Shown: positions 46,790-57,581 of the stretch, piece by piece | How the letters are laid out: each line of letters begins with the position of its first letter | Position numbering within the stretch: position 1 is the first letter of the stretch | Origin: an uncultured Pseudomonadota bacterium | GTDB taxonomy: Bacteria > Myxococcota_A > Polyangia > Fen-1088 | Direction: 5' to 3' | Assembly (NCBI GenBank): GCA_963847705.1 | Contig: CAWKBC010000030.1 | Location: forward strand, 480,001-544,000 | DNA: 64,000 bases | Translations under genes and position numbers: made by a program | The notes under the pieces: model-generated | Told to the model about the DNA's origin: nothing | Database searches by the model: none | The model's input: the letters and a program-made list of their open reading frames with translations, nothing else

Positions 46790-47677
46790 TCAGCTCACGC
46801 ACGCGTCGGACGAGCGCTGGGGGCCATTCAGCACCTTGGTTGCATCGAGGGCCGGGCGGGACCTGGGAAACCGCTCGACGAGATTGCGGAGCAGGGCGCG
46901 TTCATCCTTGCAGAAGGACATCTGACCAAACACCCGAGCCAGCTGCCACATCGCTTCCGGCGCGTCTGGCGAGTTGGGGTAGGTTGAGAGCAGGCTCTGA
47001 AAAGCTGCCGCCGCGTTCGCATACCTCGCCTCGGTGGCGTACGACAGACCGACCGCTAGGTAGGCTTGCGACGCGCGAGCGTCTTGCGGGAAGCGCTGAA
47101 TGAAGACCTGGCAGTAGTGGCGTCCTTTCTCCCTTTGCTCGGAGGCGAGCATTGCCATCGCCTGCCGCCAGAGCTGGTCCTTGTCCTCCGGTAAGGAAAG
47201 CGCGATCTTCTCGGCAAGGTGGGCATCGGTCTGTTCAAGTGCCGCCAGTCGCTTTGCGACCCGGTCTCTCGCTTCGGTGCGCTCCCGGATTCCGCACGCG
47301 ACCGTTTCGGTCACCTTGTCCAGCCGTGTCTGAACATCGGCGATGTTCGCGTCGAGCTTGTCCTCCTTGGCGGCAGTGTCATCGGCAGTGGCCATCAAAA
47401 GCGCCTGAGCCTCCGCGAGGGTTCGGTTCAACTCGGGGATCTGTTTGGCGTGCTCGCCGTCGACATTCTCGAGTGCGTCCAGTCGAGCGCGAACATCCGC
47501 GACGCCGGTTTTCGTTCTCTGTGCCTCGAACGTCGTCATGCAGGCGGGCGTCCCGGTGGCGAGGACTGTCAGACAGAACGCCGCTCGAGCGAGCAGGACG
47601 AAAGGGCGCGATCGGTATGGGGACCACCCCTGATGCTTCAGTGGTCTCGGGTATGTTTCGGTCTCTCTGACGGCCAA
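46790..47677 (-). CDS. YbgF/CpoB-like TPR lipoprotein
   Basis: Lipobox-like TPAC, coiled coil, TPR units ending RFPQD, YPNS and RFPRS; start uncertain. Confidence 0.8.
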   Translation of the reverse strand: MAVRETETYPRPLKHQGWSPYRSRPFVLLARAAFCLTVLATGTPACMTTFEAQRTKTGVADVRARLDALENVDGEHAKQIPELNRTLAEAQALLMATADDTAAKEDKLDANIADVQTRLDKVTETVACGIRERTEARDRVAKRLAALEQTDAHLAEKIALSLPEDKDQLWRQAMAMLASEQREKGRHYCQVFIQRFPQDARASQAYLAVGLSYATEARYANAAAAFQSLLSTYPNSPDAPEAMWQLARVFGQMSFCKDERALLRNLVERFPRSRPALDATKVLNGPQRSSDACVS

Positions 47678-47921
47678 GATGAACCTCGCTCTAAGGGAAG
47701 ACCGTATGCATCCTCCGTACCTCTGCGGTGCGAGTAGGAGCGCCCGTCAGGATCACTTGGACGTCAAGAGAACGCTCAGTCCGCGCCGACTCCGTTAAGT
47801 CTTTTGAAGCGGCGTCGGACAACGACAGACCCGGACCGGTCGCTGACGGGCGAGTGGTCTGGAAGAGAGGACGGCCTGGTGGCAAGGCCGAGTTGGATCG
47901 TCCCTTGCTCGAATGCCAGAC

Positions 47922-48488
47922 ATGCGGCTGTTCCTTGTTCTTTGCGCCACCTGTCTGTACGCCGCGAGGGCGTGGGCCGCACCGGGGGCACCCGCACCGT
48001 CCGTTCCGCCTCGCGGGTCGTTGGTCGACCCGACCTTCCCTCAGAGCCGATGGTTCCCGGGCCGACAATCGACCATCAGCCCGTCGCGCGACACCCGCCC
48101 GGCCGCGGCCGATCCTCCCGCGACGTTGACAGAAGCCGACTTCAACTCGTGCAGAAAGCCCGCCTCTGAAAAGCGGGTCGTCCAGGTGCCCCTCAAGCCT
48201 GACACCGACGTGGAGCATCTCGTCGTCTGGATCTCGTCCATCACCTGCAAGGCCTTCGTGTGGTCCGGGGCGATCGATGCAAGCAGGAAGCGGGTCACCG
48301 TCTCTGTGCCCAGCCTCGTCACGCCCAAGCAAGCATTCCGGCTGTTCTTGGACGCGCTCAATTCCGTCGGACTGACCGTCCTACCGTCGGGCAGCTTCTA
48401 TCAAGTCATCGAGTCCGTCAGGGCGAAGACGAAGCCGATTCCGCTTTACGGCTGGAACGGTCATCCTCTCACTGCGACACGCCCTTAG
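47922..48488 (+). CDS. Secreted protein with a stand-alone secretin (GspD) N0-like domain
   Basis: Signal ending AWA; DVEHLVVWISSITCKAF...VTVSVPSLVTPKQAFRLFLDALNSVGLTV...YQVIES; stops right after this domain. Confidence 0.7.
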   Translation: MRLFLVLCATCLYAARAWAAPGAPAPSVPPRGSLVDPTFPQSRWFPGRQSTISPSRDTRPAAADPPATLTEADFNSCRKPASEKRVVQVPLKPDTDVEHLVVWISSITCKAFVWSGAIDASRKRVTVSVPSLVTPKQAFRLFLDALNSVGLTVLPSGSFYQVIESVRAKTKPIPLYGWNGHPLTATRP

Positions 48489-48517
48489 CGCCAACGGTCG
48501 GCCTGTCCCGGCCGTCA

Positions 48518-50401
48518 TCAGCCCATTGAGCCGACGGTTGCGATGCCGCCTGGAAGCTGGTCGGGCAGGCGCCGGGGAATCGTGGCGTCCCCGAACTGTT
48601 GAGGGGGAGCTTCAAGGGCGTGTTGCGGTCCCAGCTGTTGCATCCAGAGGCCCGCGTAGAGACCGCCTCGCGCCAACAGCTCCTGGTGACGTCCCCTTTC
48701 GACGATGCGGCCACCCTTGAGGACGACGATGAGGTCCGCGTCGCAAATGGTCGACAAGCGGTGCGCGATGACCAGCGTGGTGCGCCCCTGCATGAGCGGG
48801 CGCAAAGCCTCCTGGACCAGCGCTTCGTTCTCAGCGTCGAGGGCGCTGGTTGCCTCGTCCAGGATCAGGATGCGAGGGTCCTTCAGGATTGCACGCGCGA
48901 TCGCCATACGCTGGCGTTCGCCCCCGGAGAAGCGCTGTCCACGCTCACCGACGACGGTCTGGTAGCCGTCCGGCAGCGCGGCGATGACGTCGTGAATGCG
49001 GGCGGCGCGCGCGGCGGCCGAGATCTCCGCGAAGGAGGCGCTCGCTCGGCCGTAGCGCAAATTCTCCTCGATCGTGGCGTGAAGGAGGAACGTTTCTTGG
49101 GTCACGACGGCAATGTGCGATCGAAGCGAATCCAGCTGTAGGTCGCGCAGGTCGTACCCGTCGATCAGGATCTGGCCTGCGCTCGGATCGTGCAGGCGCG
49201 GCACCAGCGCCGCCAGCGTGCTCTTCCCGGCGCCCGACGGTCCGACGATGCCCACCGTTTGTCCTGATGCCACGACCAGATCGATGCCGTCGAGGCAAGC
49301 GGCCCGCCGGTGGGCGAAGGTCACGCCGCGGAAGACGATCTCCCCGCGGGGTCTGGCGAGAGGGAGCGCCCCGCGCCGGTCGACGATCTCGGGCACGACA
49401 TCAAGCAGTTCGAAGACGCGCTCGAAGTAGGCGTACGAAGTCACGACGTCGACGTGCACACCGGCCAGCTGCGAAAGTGAGCCATAGAGTCGCTTGAGGA
49501 TCGTGACGAACGCCACGACCGTCCCGAGCTTCAGGTGATCGTGCATGATCAACCAGCCGCCGACCGCGAAGACCAAGGCGGGCCCCGCGCTCTCGAACAG
49601 CCCCAGCACCATCTGGAACCAGCGCCCCAACAAGGTCTGGCGGATGGAGAGCTCGCGCAGCTGGCGCCCCTTGTCGGCCACGCGCTCCGCCTCGCGCGCT
49701 TCCCCCCCGAACACCTTGAGCAGGAGCGCGCCGGAGACGGACAATGTTTCCGTCAGGATGCCGGTGAGCTCTGCCAGGGCCCGCTGCGTGAGGCGTTTGA
49801 TGGCTTTGCGCCGCCTCCCCACCCGCCGGGTGGGAATGATGAACAGAGGCAGAAGGCACAGAGCCACCAGCCCGAGGCGCCAGTCCAGCGCCAGCACCAG
49901 GATCGCGCTGCTACAGAAGATCACGGCGCTCTCGACCATCCGGACCAACGTTCCCGATATGGTCGAGCCAACCCCCTGGACGTCATTGAGCGCGTGCGAA
50001 ATCAGCTCCCCCGGGGGGGCGTCGGTGAAGTATCGGAGTGGTTGCCGCTGCAGGTGCCGGAAGAGCGCCACCCGGAGATCGAGCATCACTCCCTCGCCCA
50101 CGGTCGCCGAGAGATAGCGCTGTCCCACCTGGAGCGTGCCGGCCAGCAAGGGGCCCAGGATCATCCCCACGCACAAGATCATGAGCAGTCCAAACCGCCG
50201 ATCGGGGAGCGCCACGTCGACGACCCGCTTCACGAGAAGAGGCGGTGCCAGATTCAACACCGCCCCGGCGACGATGCAGGACACCACCAGCGTCGCGCGG
50301 CGGCGGTAGGGGCGAAGGGCCGCCACGATCCGCCGCAGCGTGACCATCTGGAGCGCTGACAGGTCGCTCGACTTCGGTTCGATCCGCCCCGCGGCCCCCA
50401 C
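48518..50401 (-). CDS. ABC exporter with fused permease and ATPase (MdlA/MsbA-like)
   Basis: TM domain plus GPSGAGKS, FSGGERQR, LDEATSALD, IAHRLST. Confidence 0.93.
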   Translation of the reverse strand: MGAAGRIEPKSSDLSALQMVTLRRIVAALRPYRRRATLVVSCIVAGAVLNLAPPLLVKRVVDVALPDRRFGLLMILCVGMILGPLLAGTLQVGQRYLSATVGEGVMLDLRVALFRHLQRQPLRYFTDAPPGELISHALNDVQGVGSTISGTLVRMVESAVIFCSSAILVLALDWRLGLVALCLLPLFIIPTRRVGRRRKAIKRLTQRALAELTGILTETLSVSGALLLKVFGGEAREAERVADKGRQLRELSIRQTLLGRWFQMVLGLFESAGPALVFAVGGWLIMHDHLKLGTVVAFVTILKRLYGSLSQLAGVHVDVVTSYAYFERVFELLDVVPEIVDRRGALPLARPRGEIVFRGVTFAHRRAACLDGIDLVVASGQTVGIVGPSGAGKSTLAALVPRLHDPSAGQILIDGYDLRDLQLDSLRSHIAVVTQETFLLHATIEENLRYGRASASFAEISAAARAARIHDVIAALPDGYQTVVGERGQRFSGGERQRMAIARAILKDPRILILDEATSALDAENEALVQEALRPLMQGRTTLVIAHRLSTICDADLIVVLKGGRIVERGRHQELLARGGLYAGLWMQQLGPQHALEAPPQQFGDATIPRRLPDQLPGGIATVGSMG

Positions 50402-50730
50402 CTCTACAAGGTAAGGTCTGCGGACCGCTCGCGACCTGGGGGGACGACCCGACCTTGCCCGCTACCAGAAGCGATCATTCTGAAGGACGGGTAGGGCGGG
50501 CATAGCGCCCGATCGTGCGCCGCCGTCGGCGGCCGACCTGATGGGGCCAGCGGTGGACGGGCAGGTGTCGTTTACAAATTGCCCGATACATATGGCGGCG
50601 AACAGAATCCTTCCACCTCGTCGCGACGAAAGTGGCAATCGCGGGCCCCGGCAGCACGGCGCGGAACATGCAGCGGGCCAGGCCACCCATCCGCACGACG
50701 CGAGGTGGTGTGAGACCAGGGAGAGCATCC

Positions 50731-51027
50731 ATGAAAACGATGATGTGTTTGGGAGTCTTGGCCATGCTCGTCGGCTGCGTTGCTTCCAAGGCGGAGCTCG
50801 ATTCGACCAAAGCGACACTGACCAACGTCACCCGGGAACGAGACGAGCTGAAAGCTCAGGTCGCCACGCTGCAACAGCAGCTCACGATCACGCAGGGGGA
50901 TCTCGCGAAAGAGAAAGCGGCTGAAACCGCCTCTCCTGACAAGTCCGGGAAAGCGGCGATGGCCTCCAAGACCACGACAAGTGGAGCCTCAACGACTTCC
51001 AAAAATAAGCGCGCCCACAAGTCGTAG
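50731..51027 (+). CDS. Small coiled-coil lipoprotein
   Basis: RBS GGGAGAG; lipobox LVGC; heptad pattern; basic tail. Confidence 0.7.
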   Translation: MKTMMCLGVLAMLVGCVASKAELDSTKATLTNVTRERDELKAQVATLQQQLTITQGDLAKEKAAETASPDKSGKAAMASKTTTSGASTTSKNKRAHKS

Positions 51028-51324
51028 GTGGGCATTGCGGCTGTTCGCAGAAGTCGCAGCCCGCGGCTGGGGGAAAGCGAATCGGGCTCGGCAGGGGTGC
51101 TCCAGCAGCGACTCGCCGCTCCGCAGGAAGACGGACAAAGGAGCCTGACGGGATGCTCAGGGTGTTGCGCCTGCCTCCGCGGCTCGAGGGGGCCAGGCGC
51201 TGGTCGACGACGTCAAGGTGGCCGAGGAGCAGGCGCCGGGCACCCAGAGCGGCGTCGAAATCAATGCGCGACCGTTCAAGGAACAAGCAGGCGAAGCTCG
51301 ACAGATCGGAGGTGAGACTGCAGC

Positions 51325-51951
51325 TCACCGCGCAAACAGCGACGTGAGCATCGCCGCGATCTCCAGATCGTCGCGCGCGACGAGAGCGACGGGGACGGTC
51401 AACGTCACCGGTTCAAGGTGGGCGCCGCAGGTGACGGAGCCCTGGTAGCTTCCGGAGATGAGCGGGAGACTGTACGAACAGGGTCCGATCTGAGCCTGGA
51501 TGCCGGTTGGGCGCACCTCCATCGCGACCGATCGCTCGCCGAAGGTCCCGACGACCTCGAGACCATTGTGTGAGCGCAACACATCCAGCGCGATCTGACG
51601 GTCCCCGAGCTGCCCTTCGAGTCGTTGTGGTTCAAACCGAAAATCGACCGACGCGACCCCGACGACTCCCTGCATGTGGCCCGGAAACAGCCTGAGCGAG
51701 ACGTCCTTGGTCGAGAGACCCTCTCGCGTGACATCGGCTATTCGCACCCGGTCGCCTACCGTGAATGTCAGCGTTTGCCCGGGGGAAGACGCCAAAACGG
51801 CTCCGTTGGCTACCGTCGAAGAGCTGAGGCTGGCTGCTCGCGATAGGCCGGGGCTCGTCGTTGCGCCGATCATGACGGAAAGAGTGACCGTCAGCGCCCA
51901 GCGCTTGAAACGCCCCGGGCCATTCTGCGTGATGCTGGAGTCTCTGCTCAC
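51325..51951 (-). CDS. Secreted beta-rich hypothetical protein
   Basis: Hydrophobic signal; repeated G-x-(V/L/F)-G strands; Cys pair; start estimated. Confidence 0.6.
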   Translation of the reverse strand: MSRDSSITQNGPGRFKRWALTVTLSVMIGATTSPGLSRAASLSSSTVANGAVLASSPGQTLTFTVGDRVRIADVTREGLSTKDVSLRLFPGHMQGVVGVASVDFRFEPQRLEGQLGDRQIALDVLRSHNGLEVVGTFGERSVAMEVRPTGIQAQIGPCSYSLPLISGSYQGSVTCGAHLEPVTLTVPVALVARDDLEIAAMLTSLFAR

Positions 51952-52001
51952 ATTGCAAGGCTCGCGCGGAGCGGACGGTGGCCGAGAGGATGGGGGGACG
52001 C

Positions 52002-52310
52002 TCACGAGAACGCTGCCCGTCTCGGCCCGCTGGCGTGGATACCCACGACGATTCCGACGGCGCATATGACGTTGCTCCAGAGCGTCATCTCCTGGATCGA
52101 CAGAGTGAACACCGCCGAAACGAATAGCCAAAGCGCCAGCGCTGCCGATATGGAACGGGCACGCGGAGCGTAGAGGTCGAAGATCGCGATGCCGATGGCA
52201 AGGAGACCGCAGACAATGGCGTTGACCTTTTGGAACGGTGAGTGTCTCCACATGAATGCGGAAGCCAGGAGCCAGGTCCCCGCCAGGATGCTGATTAGCC
52301 GCTCTTTCAT
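52002..52310 (-). CDS. SPW-repeat-like membrane protein
   Basis: GTWLLASAF and ALWLFVSAVF repeats; similar to 46119..46445. Confidence 0.7.
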   Translation of the reverse strand: MKERLISILAGTWLLASAFMWRHSPFQKVNAIVCGLLAIGIAIFDLYAPRARSISAALALWLFVSAVFTLSIQEMTLWSNVICAVGIVVGIHASGPRRAAFS

Positions 52311-52556
52311 CGCACACTAAAACTGGCGACGAGAAGTCCGCCGCACAAGAAGTCACGTCTGCGACAAGCGCCACGCCCAAGCTCAGGGAGAGGTCGCGAA
52401 GCGAAGTGGGAACGGCACCCCGGCCGACCTTGGTTTCGACGAGAGTCGCAGCCGGGGCGGACGGACGTCAGGTGGCCAGGATGCTGGGCTTGCACCTCGA
52501 AGCGTGAGTGTCATGTTGGAGGTGTGGCGTGAGCGCCCGTGGGGATGGCACTGCCT

Positions 52557-52690
52557 GGCCCGCACCAGATCGGCAAGAGAAGCGATACCGATCGGGCGAC
52601 CTTCCTCATCGAGGATGGGACCCGCCAAACCTGATGGCGACACATCAGTTCCTCGGCGGCGCCGAGGATCGACTGCGGGTCGTCGTGGAG
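52557..52690 (-). pseudogene. CBS-domain gene remnant with a frameshift
   Basis: AAEELMCRHQVWRVP and ILDEEGRPIGIASLADL lie in adjacent frames and join into a CBS motif if one C is added near 52618. Confidence 0.6.
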
Positions 52691-52930
52691 GCGCGCGTTG
52701 CCACACCGGTACGGGGGTGGCGAGAGAAAAGAAGATGGCGAGCAAAGGCCAGCGAAGGCAGTCGTTGAGTGGGGTGTCGGATCCCCGGTCCCCCGGGTCC
52801 TGCGGACCCCACCCGGGGTCGAGAAAGCGAGGCCGGCAGAGAGAATGTGCACGTCGGAATTGAACGGGACCCCTCTATCTCTCATGTTGGAACGGTGTGT
52901 TCATCGAGCAGGGCTTCCGGCCGAGGTGGA

Positions 52931-55153
52931 ATGGCACTGTCACGGACCTGGCGGCTCCCCGCAATCCTCGCTCTCACCCTGCTCACGTCACTGACCGTCG
53001 TCGGGGCTCCCGCGCCGCCCTCCCAGCGCGACACCGAGGCCAACATCACCCGGGTGACCACTTCGCTGCTGGCCAGCTCGCAGCTCGCACACCACCCGCT
53101 CGACACGCAGCTGGCCGGAAAGCTGCTCGACCGCTACATGGACGCGCTCGACGGGCCGCGTTCGCTGTTCTTGGGCACCGACGTCGACGAGTGGCGGCCA
53201 ATGCGTGCCAACCTGGCCCAGGCGACGCGCGCCAACGGCGACACCCAGCCGGCGCACCTCATCTTCGCGCGCTACCTCGAGCGGCTGCGCCAGCAGGTGG
53301 CGTTCGACACCCAGTTGCTGCGCGCGGGCCACTTCCAATTTCGGGGCGACGACCGCTTGCAGATCGACCGCGAGCACGCTGAGCGGCCGCGCGATCTGGC
53401 GGCCGCGCACGAGCTGTGGCGGCAACAGCTGCGCGCCGAGTTCCTGGACGACAAGCTGGGCGACAAGCCGCCGCACGACATCGGAGCTGCGCTGATCCGA
53501 CGTCACGAGCAGCAGCTCAAGACGATGAGCGAGCTCGGCAATGAGGAGGTGCTGGAAATGTACCTGGACGCCCTCACCCACGTCTACGATCCGCACTCGG
53601 ATTACCTGGACAAGGAGTCGATGGAGTCGCTCTCGATCGCGATGAACCTGTCGTTGTTCGGCATCGGGGCGACGCTGGAGATCGAAGACGGCTTGTGCAC
53701 GATTCGCGAGCTGGTCCCGGGCGGGCCGGCGGCGTCGAGCGAGGCGCTCAAGCCCGGCGATCGCATCGTCGCGGTCGCGCAGGGTGCGGCGGCGCCGGTC
53801 GACGTGACCAGCATGCCGCTCACGCGGATCGTCGAGCTGATTCGAGGGCCCAAGGGGTCGAACGTGACGCTGACTGTCCTGCCGCCGACGGGCGCCGGCA
53901 AGACCGTCCGCCTCACGCGTGCCGAGGTGAAGCTGGAAGAGCAGCAGGCCAAGGCCCGCGTGGTCGACCTTCCGCGCTCTGGCGCCGAGCCGCTGCGTCT
54001 GGGGGTGATCGACCTGCCGTCGTTCTATTCGGGCGCCGATGAGAGCGGGAGCCACGGCTGCACCGCCGATGTCGTGCGCCTGCTGGCCAAGCTGCAGGCC
54101 GAGAAGGTGCAGGGTGTGGTGCTGGACCTGCGTCAGAACGGTGGCGGCTCGCTGCAGGAGGCGATCGATCTGGCGTCGCTCTTCGTCGGCGGAGGGCCGA
54201 TCGTGCAGACCCGCGGCGCCGACAACACCATCGAAGTCGACGCCGACGAAGGCGCGACCCTGCGCTACACGGGTCCGCTGGTGGTCCTCATCAGCCGGTT
54301 CAGCGCCTCGGCGTCCGAGATCGTGGCCGGTGCGCTGAAAGACTACGGCCGGGCGGTGGTGGTGGGCGATCCGTCGACCTTCGGCAAGGGTACGGTGCAG
54401 ACCATCACGCCGCTCGCTCCGATCATGGACCATGCGGGCCTGAGCCATGCGTTCGATCCGGGCGCGCTCAAGCTGACGATCAGCAAGTTCTACCGACCGA
54501 GCGGCGCTTCGACGGAGCTGCGCGGCGTCGCCTCCGACATCGTGATCCCCTCGGCGAGCGGCGTGGTGCCGATCGGCGAATCCAAGCTCACCGACCCGCT
54601 GCCCTGGGACACCATCCCCGCCTCTCGCTATCACCCCTTCGGCGAGACGGCGCCCTATTTGACGGAGTTGCGCGACGCCTCGGCGGCGCGTCTGGCGGCC
54701 GATCCCGCGTTCGCCGAGCTTCGGCAGCAGCTCGTACGCCTCGAGTCCCGCGTCAACGACGGTTCACTCTCGCTCAACGAGGCTCAGCGCCGCCACGAGC
54801 TGGCCCGGGACAGGGCACTCGACAAGGCGGTCTTCGTCAAAGCCGAGTCCGAGGAGGCCGGCGTCCCGGCCTACGAGATCACCGTCAAGAATTCCAGCGC
54901 GCCGGGCTTGCCGCCGCGCATGGCGAGCACGGCGAAGCCGCGCCCCGAGACCGCGGCCCCCAAGTCCGGCGACTCACTCGACGAGTCCGAGTCCAACGCC
55001 ACCCACGCCGCCGACGACCTGGTTCTCGACGAATCGCTGCGCATTCTGGCCGACTACGTCCGGCTGCTCGCCGGCCCGGCGCGTCCGGGAGGGTCGCCCA
55101 GCCGGCCGGGGGAAGTCGTCGGCCCACGCGAGGTCGGAAAAGCGGGCGGTTGA
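52931..55153 (+). CDS. prc: Carboxy-terminal processing protease, S41 family (Prc/Tsp)
   Basis: DPHSDY, GIGA (PDZ), DLRQNGGG, SASASE (Ser), TFGKG (Lys), KFYRPSG. Confidence 0.93.
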   Translation: MALSRTWRLPAILALTLLTSLTVVGAPAPPSQRDTEANITRVTTSLLASSQLAHHPLDTQLAGKLLDRYMDALDGPRSLFLGTDVDEWRPMRANLAQATRANGDTQPAHLIFARYLERLRQQVAFDTQLLRAGHFQFRGDDRLQIDREHAERPRDLAAAHELWRQQLRAEFLDDKLGDKPPHDIGAALIRRHEQQLKTMSELGNEEVLEMYLDALTHVYDPHSDYLDKESMESLSIAMNLSLFGIGATLEIEDGLCTIRELVPGGPAASSEALKPGDRIVAVAQGAAAPVDVTSMPLTRIVELIRGPKGSNVTLTVLPPTGAGKTVRLTRAEVKLEEQQAKARVVDLPRSGAEPLRLGVIDLPSFYSGADESGSHGCTADVVRLLAKLQAEKVQGVVLDLRQNGGGSLQEAIDLASLFVGGGPIVQTRGADNTIEVDADEGATLRYTGPLVVLISRFSASASEIVAGALKDYGRAVVVGDPSTFGKGTVQTITPLAPIMDHAGLSHAFDPGALKLTISKFYRPSGASTELRGVASDIVIPSASGVVPIGESKLTDPLPWDTIPASRYHPFGETAPYLTELRDASAARLAADPAFAELRQQLVRLESRVNDGSLSLNEAQRRHELARDRALDKAVFVKAESEEAGVPAYEITVKNSSAPGLPPRMASTAKPRPETAAPKSGDSLDESESNATHAADDLVLDESLRILADYVRLLAGPARPGGSPSRPGEVVGPREVGKAGG

Positions 55154-55323
55154 CCTCTTCACCCGCCGGGCGGGCGTGCCTCGGCGCGAGCATCCACGAC
55201 GCCGGAATAGTGACGCTCGCTCCACACCCAAGGCCGGGCAGCCGCCGATAGGGGCGGCGCCAGGGATGGCCCGCGATGGCAATCGTCTCACGCCCAGCTG
55301 AGGACGCTGGGAGGAGTCTGGCT

Positions 55324-57441
55324 TCACCAGACGCGGCAGCGATGGACTGGGGCCAGCGACGCGCCTGTCGGGCAAGAAAAGGCGCGCCCAAAGGCCTCCA
55401 GGCTGGAGACGGCCCCATTGACGCGATCTTCCGGCGGCGAATGCGGGTCGATGGTGGCGAGTGTCCGCGCGTACGCTTCGCGTCTGTTTGTGCACCAGGA
55501 TTGTCCGAAGGCCACGAAGAACCGCTGGTCGAGCGTGAGCCCGCCTGGGCTCGCGGCGGCCTCTTTTCCATCCCCCGCGTGAAACGCCTCATAGGCCAGG
55601 CGCAGGCCGCCCATGTCGGCGATGTTCTCGCCCGCGGTCAGGCGGCCGTTGACGTGCAGCCCGCCGGTGACCGGATAGCCGTCGTACTGAGCGACCACGC
55701 AGGCCACCCGCTCGTCGAAGGCTTTGGCGACCGCCGGGGTCCACCAGTCTCGCAGGTCGCCCTGCCCATCGAACTTCCGTCCCTGATCGTCGAACCCATG
55801 GGTCAGCTCGTGGCCCATGATCACCCCTATCCCCCCATCGTTCAGCGCGGCCGGGGCGAGGCGGCCGAAGAACGGCGGCTGCAGGATTCCGGCCGGAAAG
55901 ACCATCTCGTTCCTGGAGGGATCGTAGTAGGCATTCACGGTCTGCGGCGACATGTCCCAGTCGCTGCGATCGACGGGGTTGCCGATCTTGCCGAGATCCC
56001 GCTCCAGCTCGAAGGCCGCTGCATTCATCCGGTTGCCGAGGTCGCTCTGTCGATCGATGAAGAGCGCGCCGTAATCACGCCAACGGGCCGGGTAGCCGAT
56101 CTGGTTGTAGACGAGAGCAAGCTTGCGCAGTGCCTCGGCGCGCGTCGGGGCGTCCATCCAGGTGAGCTGTCTGAGCGTCGCTTGAAAGGCCCCTTCGATC
56201 GTCGTCATCTGAGCGTCGGCCCGAGCCTTCCCATCGGCGCCGAAGGTGGCAGCCACGAACTGCCGGCCCAGCGCCTGTCCCATGCCCAGCTCGACCGCCG
56301 CCAGGCAGCGCTTCCAGCGCGGCAGGAGCTGGGCCTCGCCGGTGAGCGCATGGGAACGAAATCGAAAGCTCTCGTCCACGAAGGCTTGCCCCAGGGCGGG
56401 AGCGGCGGCATCGATGAGGTGCCAGGCGAGGTAGCTCTCCAGATCGTTGGGCCGAGTCCTGGCCAACAGGTCGTTGAACGCCGCGAAGAAGTCGGGGACC
56501 AACACGTTGATCGCCTGGATCTCGGGGTGCCCCAGCAGCTGAAAATACGCGTCCCAATCGAAGTTCGGCGCCAGGCGTGTCAGTCCGGATCGATCGAGTC
56601 GGTGGTAGACCCGGGTCGGATCGCGGTGATCGACGCGGGCCATCGAGGCGCGCGCCAGCGTGGTCTCGGTCGCCAGCACCACGTTCGCCCGCGCGCCAGC
56701 CTCGGCAGCCGGCACACCCTCGAGCTCGAACATCCGGGCCACGTGGGCCCGATAGGCCCCGCGAATTTCGACCGACCGGGGATCGGTCTCGAGGTAGTAG
56801 TCGCGATCGGGCAGGCCCAGCCCCCCCTGATCGGCGGCGCCGATGACCAGGCGCGCGTCGCGGAAATCCTGCTGCGATCCGAAATCGAACAGCCCCTGCG
56901 CCCCCGCGAGCTGCAGCTCGGCGACCAGCCGGGCCAGAACCGGCCGGGTGTCCGGCGCCGACAGTGAGGACCAGCGCGAAAGCGCCGTGAGCGGGCGCAT
57001 CCGCTCGGCGAGCGTGGCCGCCGAGGCGGTCTCCGCCTTCGCCTCGTTCATGCACGTGTCGTAGAAGTCTCCCAGCTTCCGCTCTTCGATCTGCCCCGGG
57101 GGAACGCCGGCGGCGTCGGCGTCGAGGATGTCGCGCAGGCGGGCCAGGTTGCGTTCGTTGATCTCGGAGAAGCTGCGGCTCCAGGCCGGGCGATCGGGCG
57201 GAATGGGCGTCGCGGCCAACCAGCCTCCGCAGGCGAACCGGTAGAAGTCGGTGCAGGGATCGACGGCGCGGTCGAGGATGCGAAGGTCGATCGTCAGAGG
57301 CGCCGCCGGTGGGGCGGGCGTCGGGGCGGGCCCCGTTGGGACGGCGCTCGACGTCGTTGAATGCGAGGCGCAGCCCGAGACCCCGGCCGCCAAGGCCGCA
57401 CCCAGCGCCAGCGCGAACGAACGGTCCTTCCGGGCGGCCAT
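55324..57441 (-). CDS. M13 family metallopeptidase lipoprotein
   Basis: Lipobox VSGC; PCTDFYRFACG, VNAYY, HELTH, GENIAD, HSP. Confidence 0.95.
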   Translation of the reverse strand: MAARKDRSFALALGAALAAGVSGCASHSTTSSAVPTGPAPTPAPPAAPLTIDLRILDRAVDPCTDFYRFACGGWLAATPIPPDRPAWSRSFSEINERNLARLRDILDADAAGVPPGQIEERKLGDFYDTCMNEAKAETASAATLAERMRPLTALSRWSSLSAPDTRPVLARLVAELQLAGAQGLFDFGSQQDFRDARLVIGAADQGGLGLPDRDYYLETDPRSVEIRGAYRAHVARMFELEGVPAAEAGARANVVLATETTLARASMARVDHRDPTRVYHRLDRSGLTRLAPNFDWDAYFQLLGHPEIQAINVLVPDFFAAFNDLLARTRPNDLESYLAWHLIDAAAPALGQAFVDESFRFRSHALTGEAQLLPRWKRCLAAVELGMGQALGRQFVAATFGADGKARADAQMTTIEGAFQATLRQLTWMDAPTRAEALRKLALVYNQIGYPARWRDYGALFIDRQSDLGNRMNAAAFELERDLGKIGNPVDRSDWDMSPQTVNAYYDPSRNEMVFPAGILQPPFFGRLAPAALNDGGIGVIMGHELTHGFDDQGRKFDGQGDLRDWWTPAVAKAFDERVACVVAQYDGYPVTGGLHVNGRLTAGENIADMGGLRLAYEAFHAGDGKEAAASPGGLTLDQRFFVAFGQSWCTNRREAYARTLATIDPHSPPEDRVNGAVSSLEAFGRAFSCPTGASLAPVHRCRVW

Positions 57442-57581
57442 CTCAACCTCTACCCGTGGGAATCGGCCTGATGGCTGTCAACCCCTGGGCCCGAGGCCGC
57501 GACAGATGAAAGCCGTTGACCACGTCCAGACTGGCCGCAAGTTAGGCCATGACGGGATCATGAAGACAAGGAGGAGCAGGA

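Noticed and set aside
50657-50671. Sigma54-like GG-N10-GC element
   Set aside because: Poor match to TGGCAC-N5-TTGC; expected by chance in GC-rich DNA.
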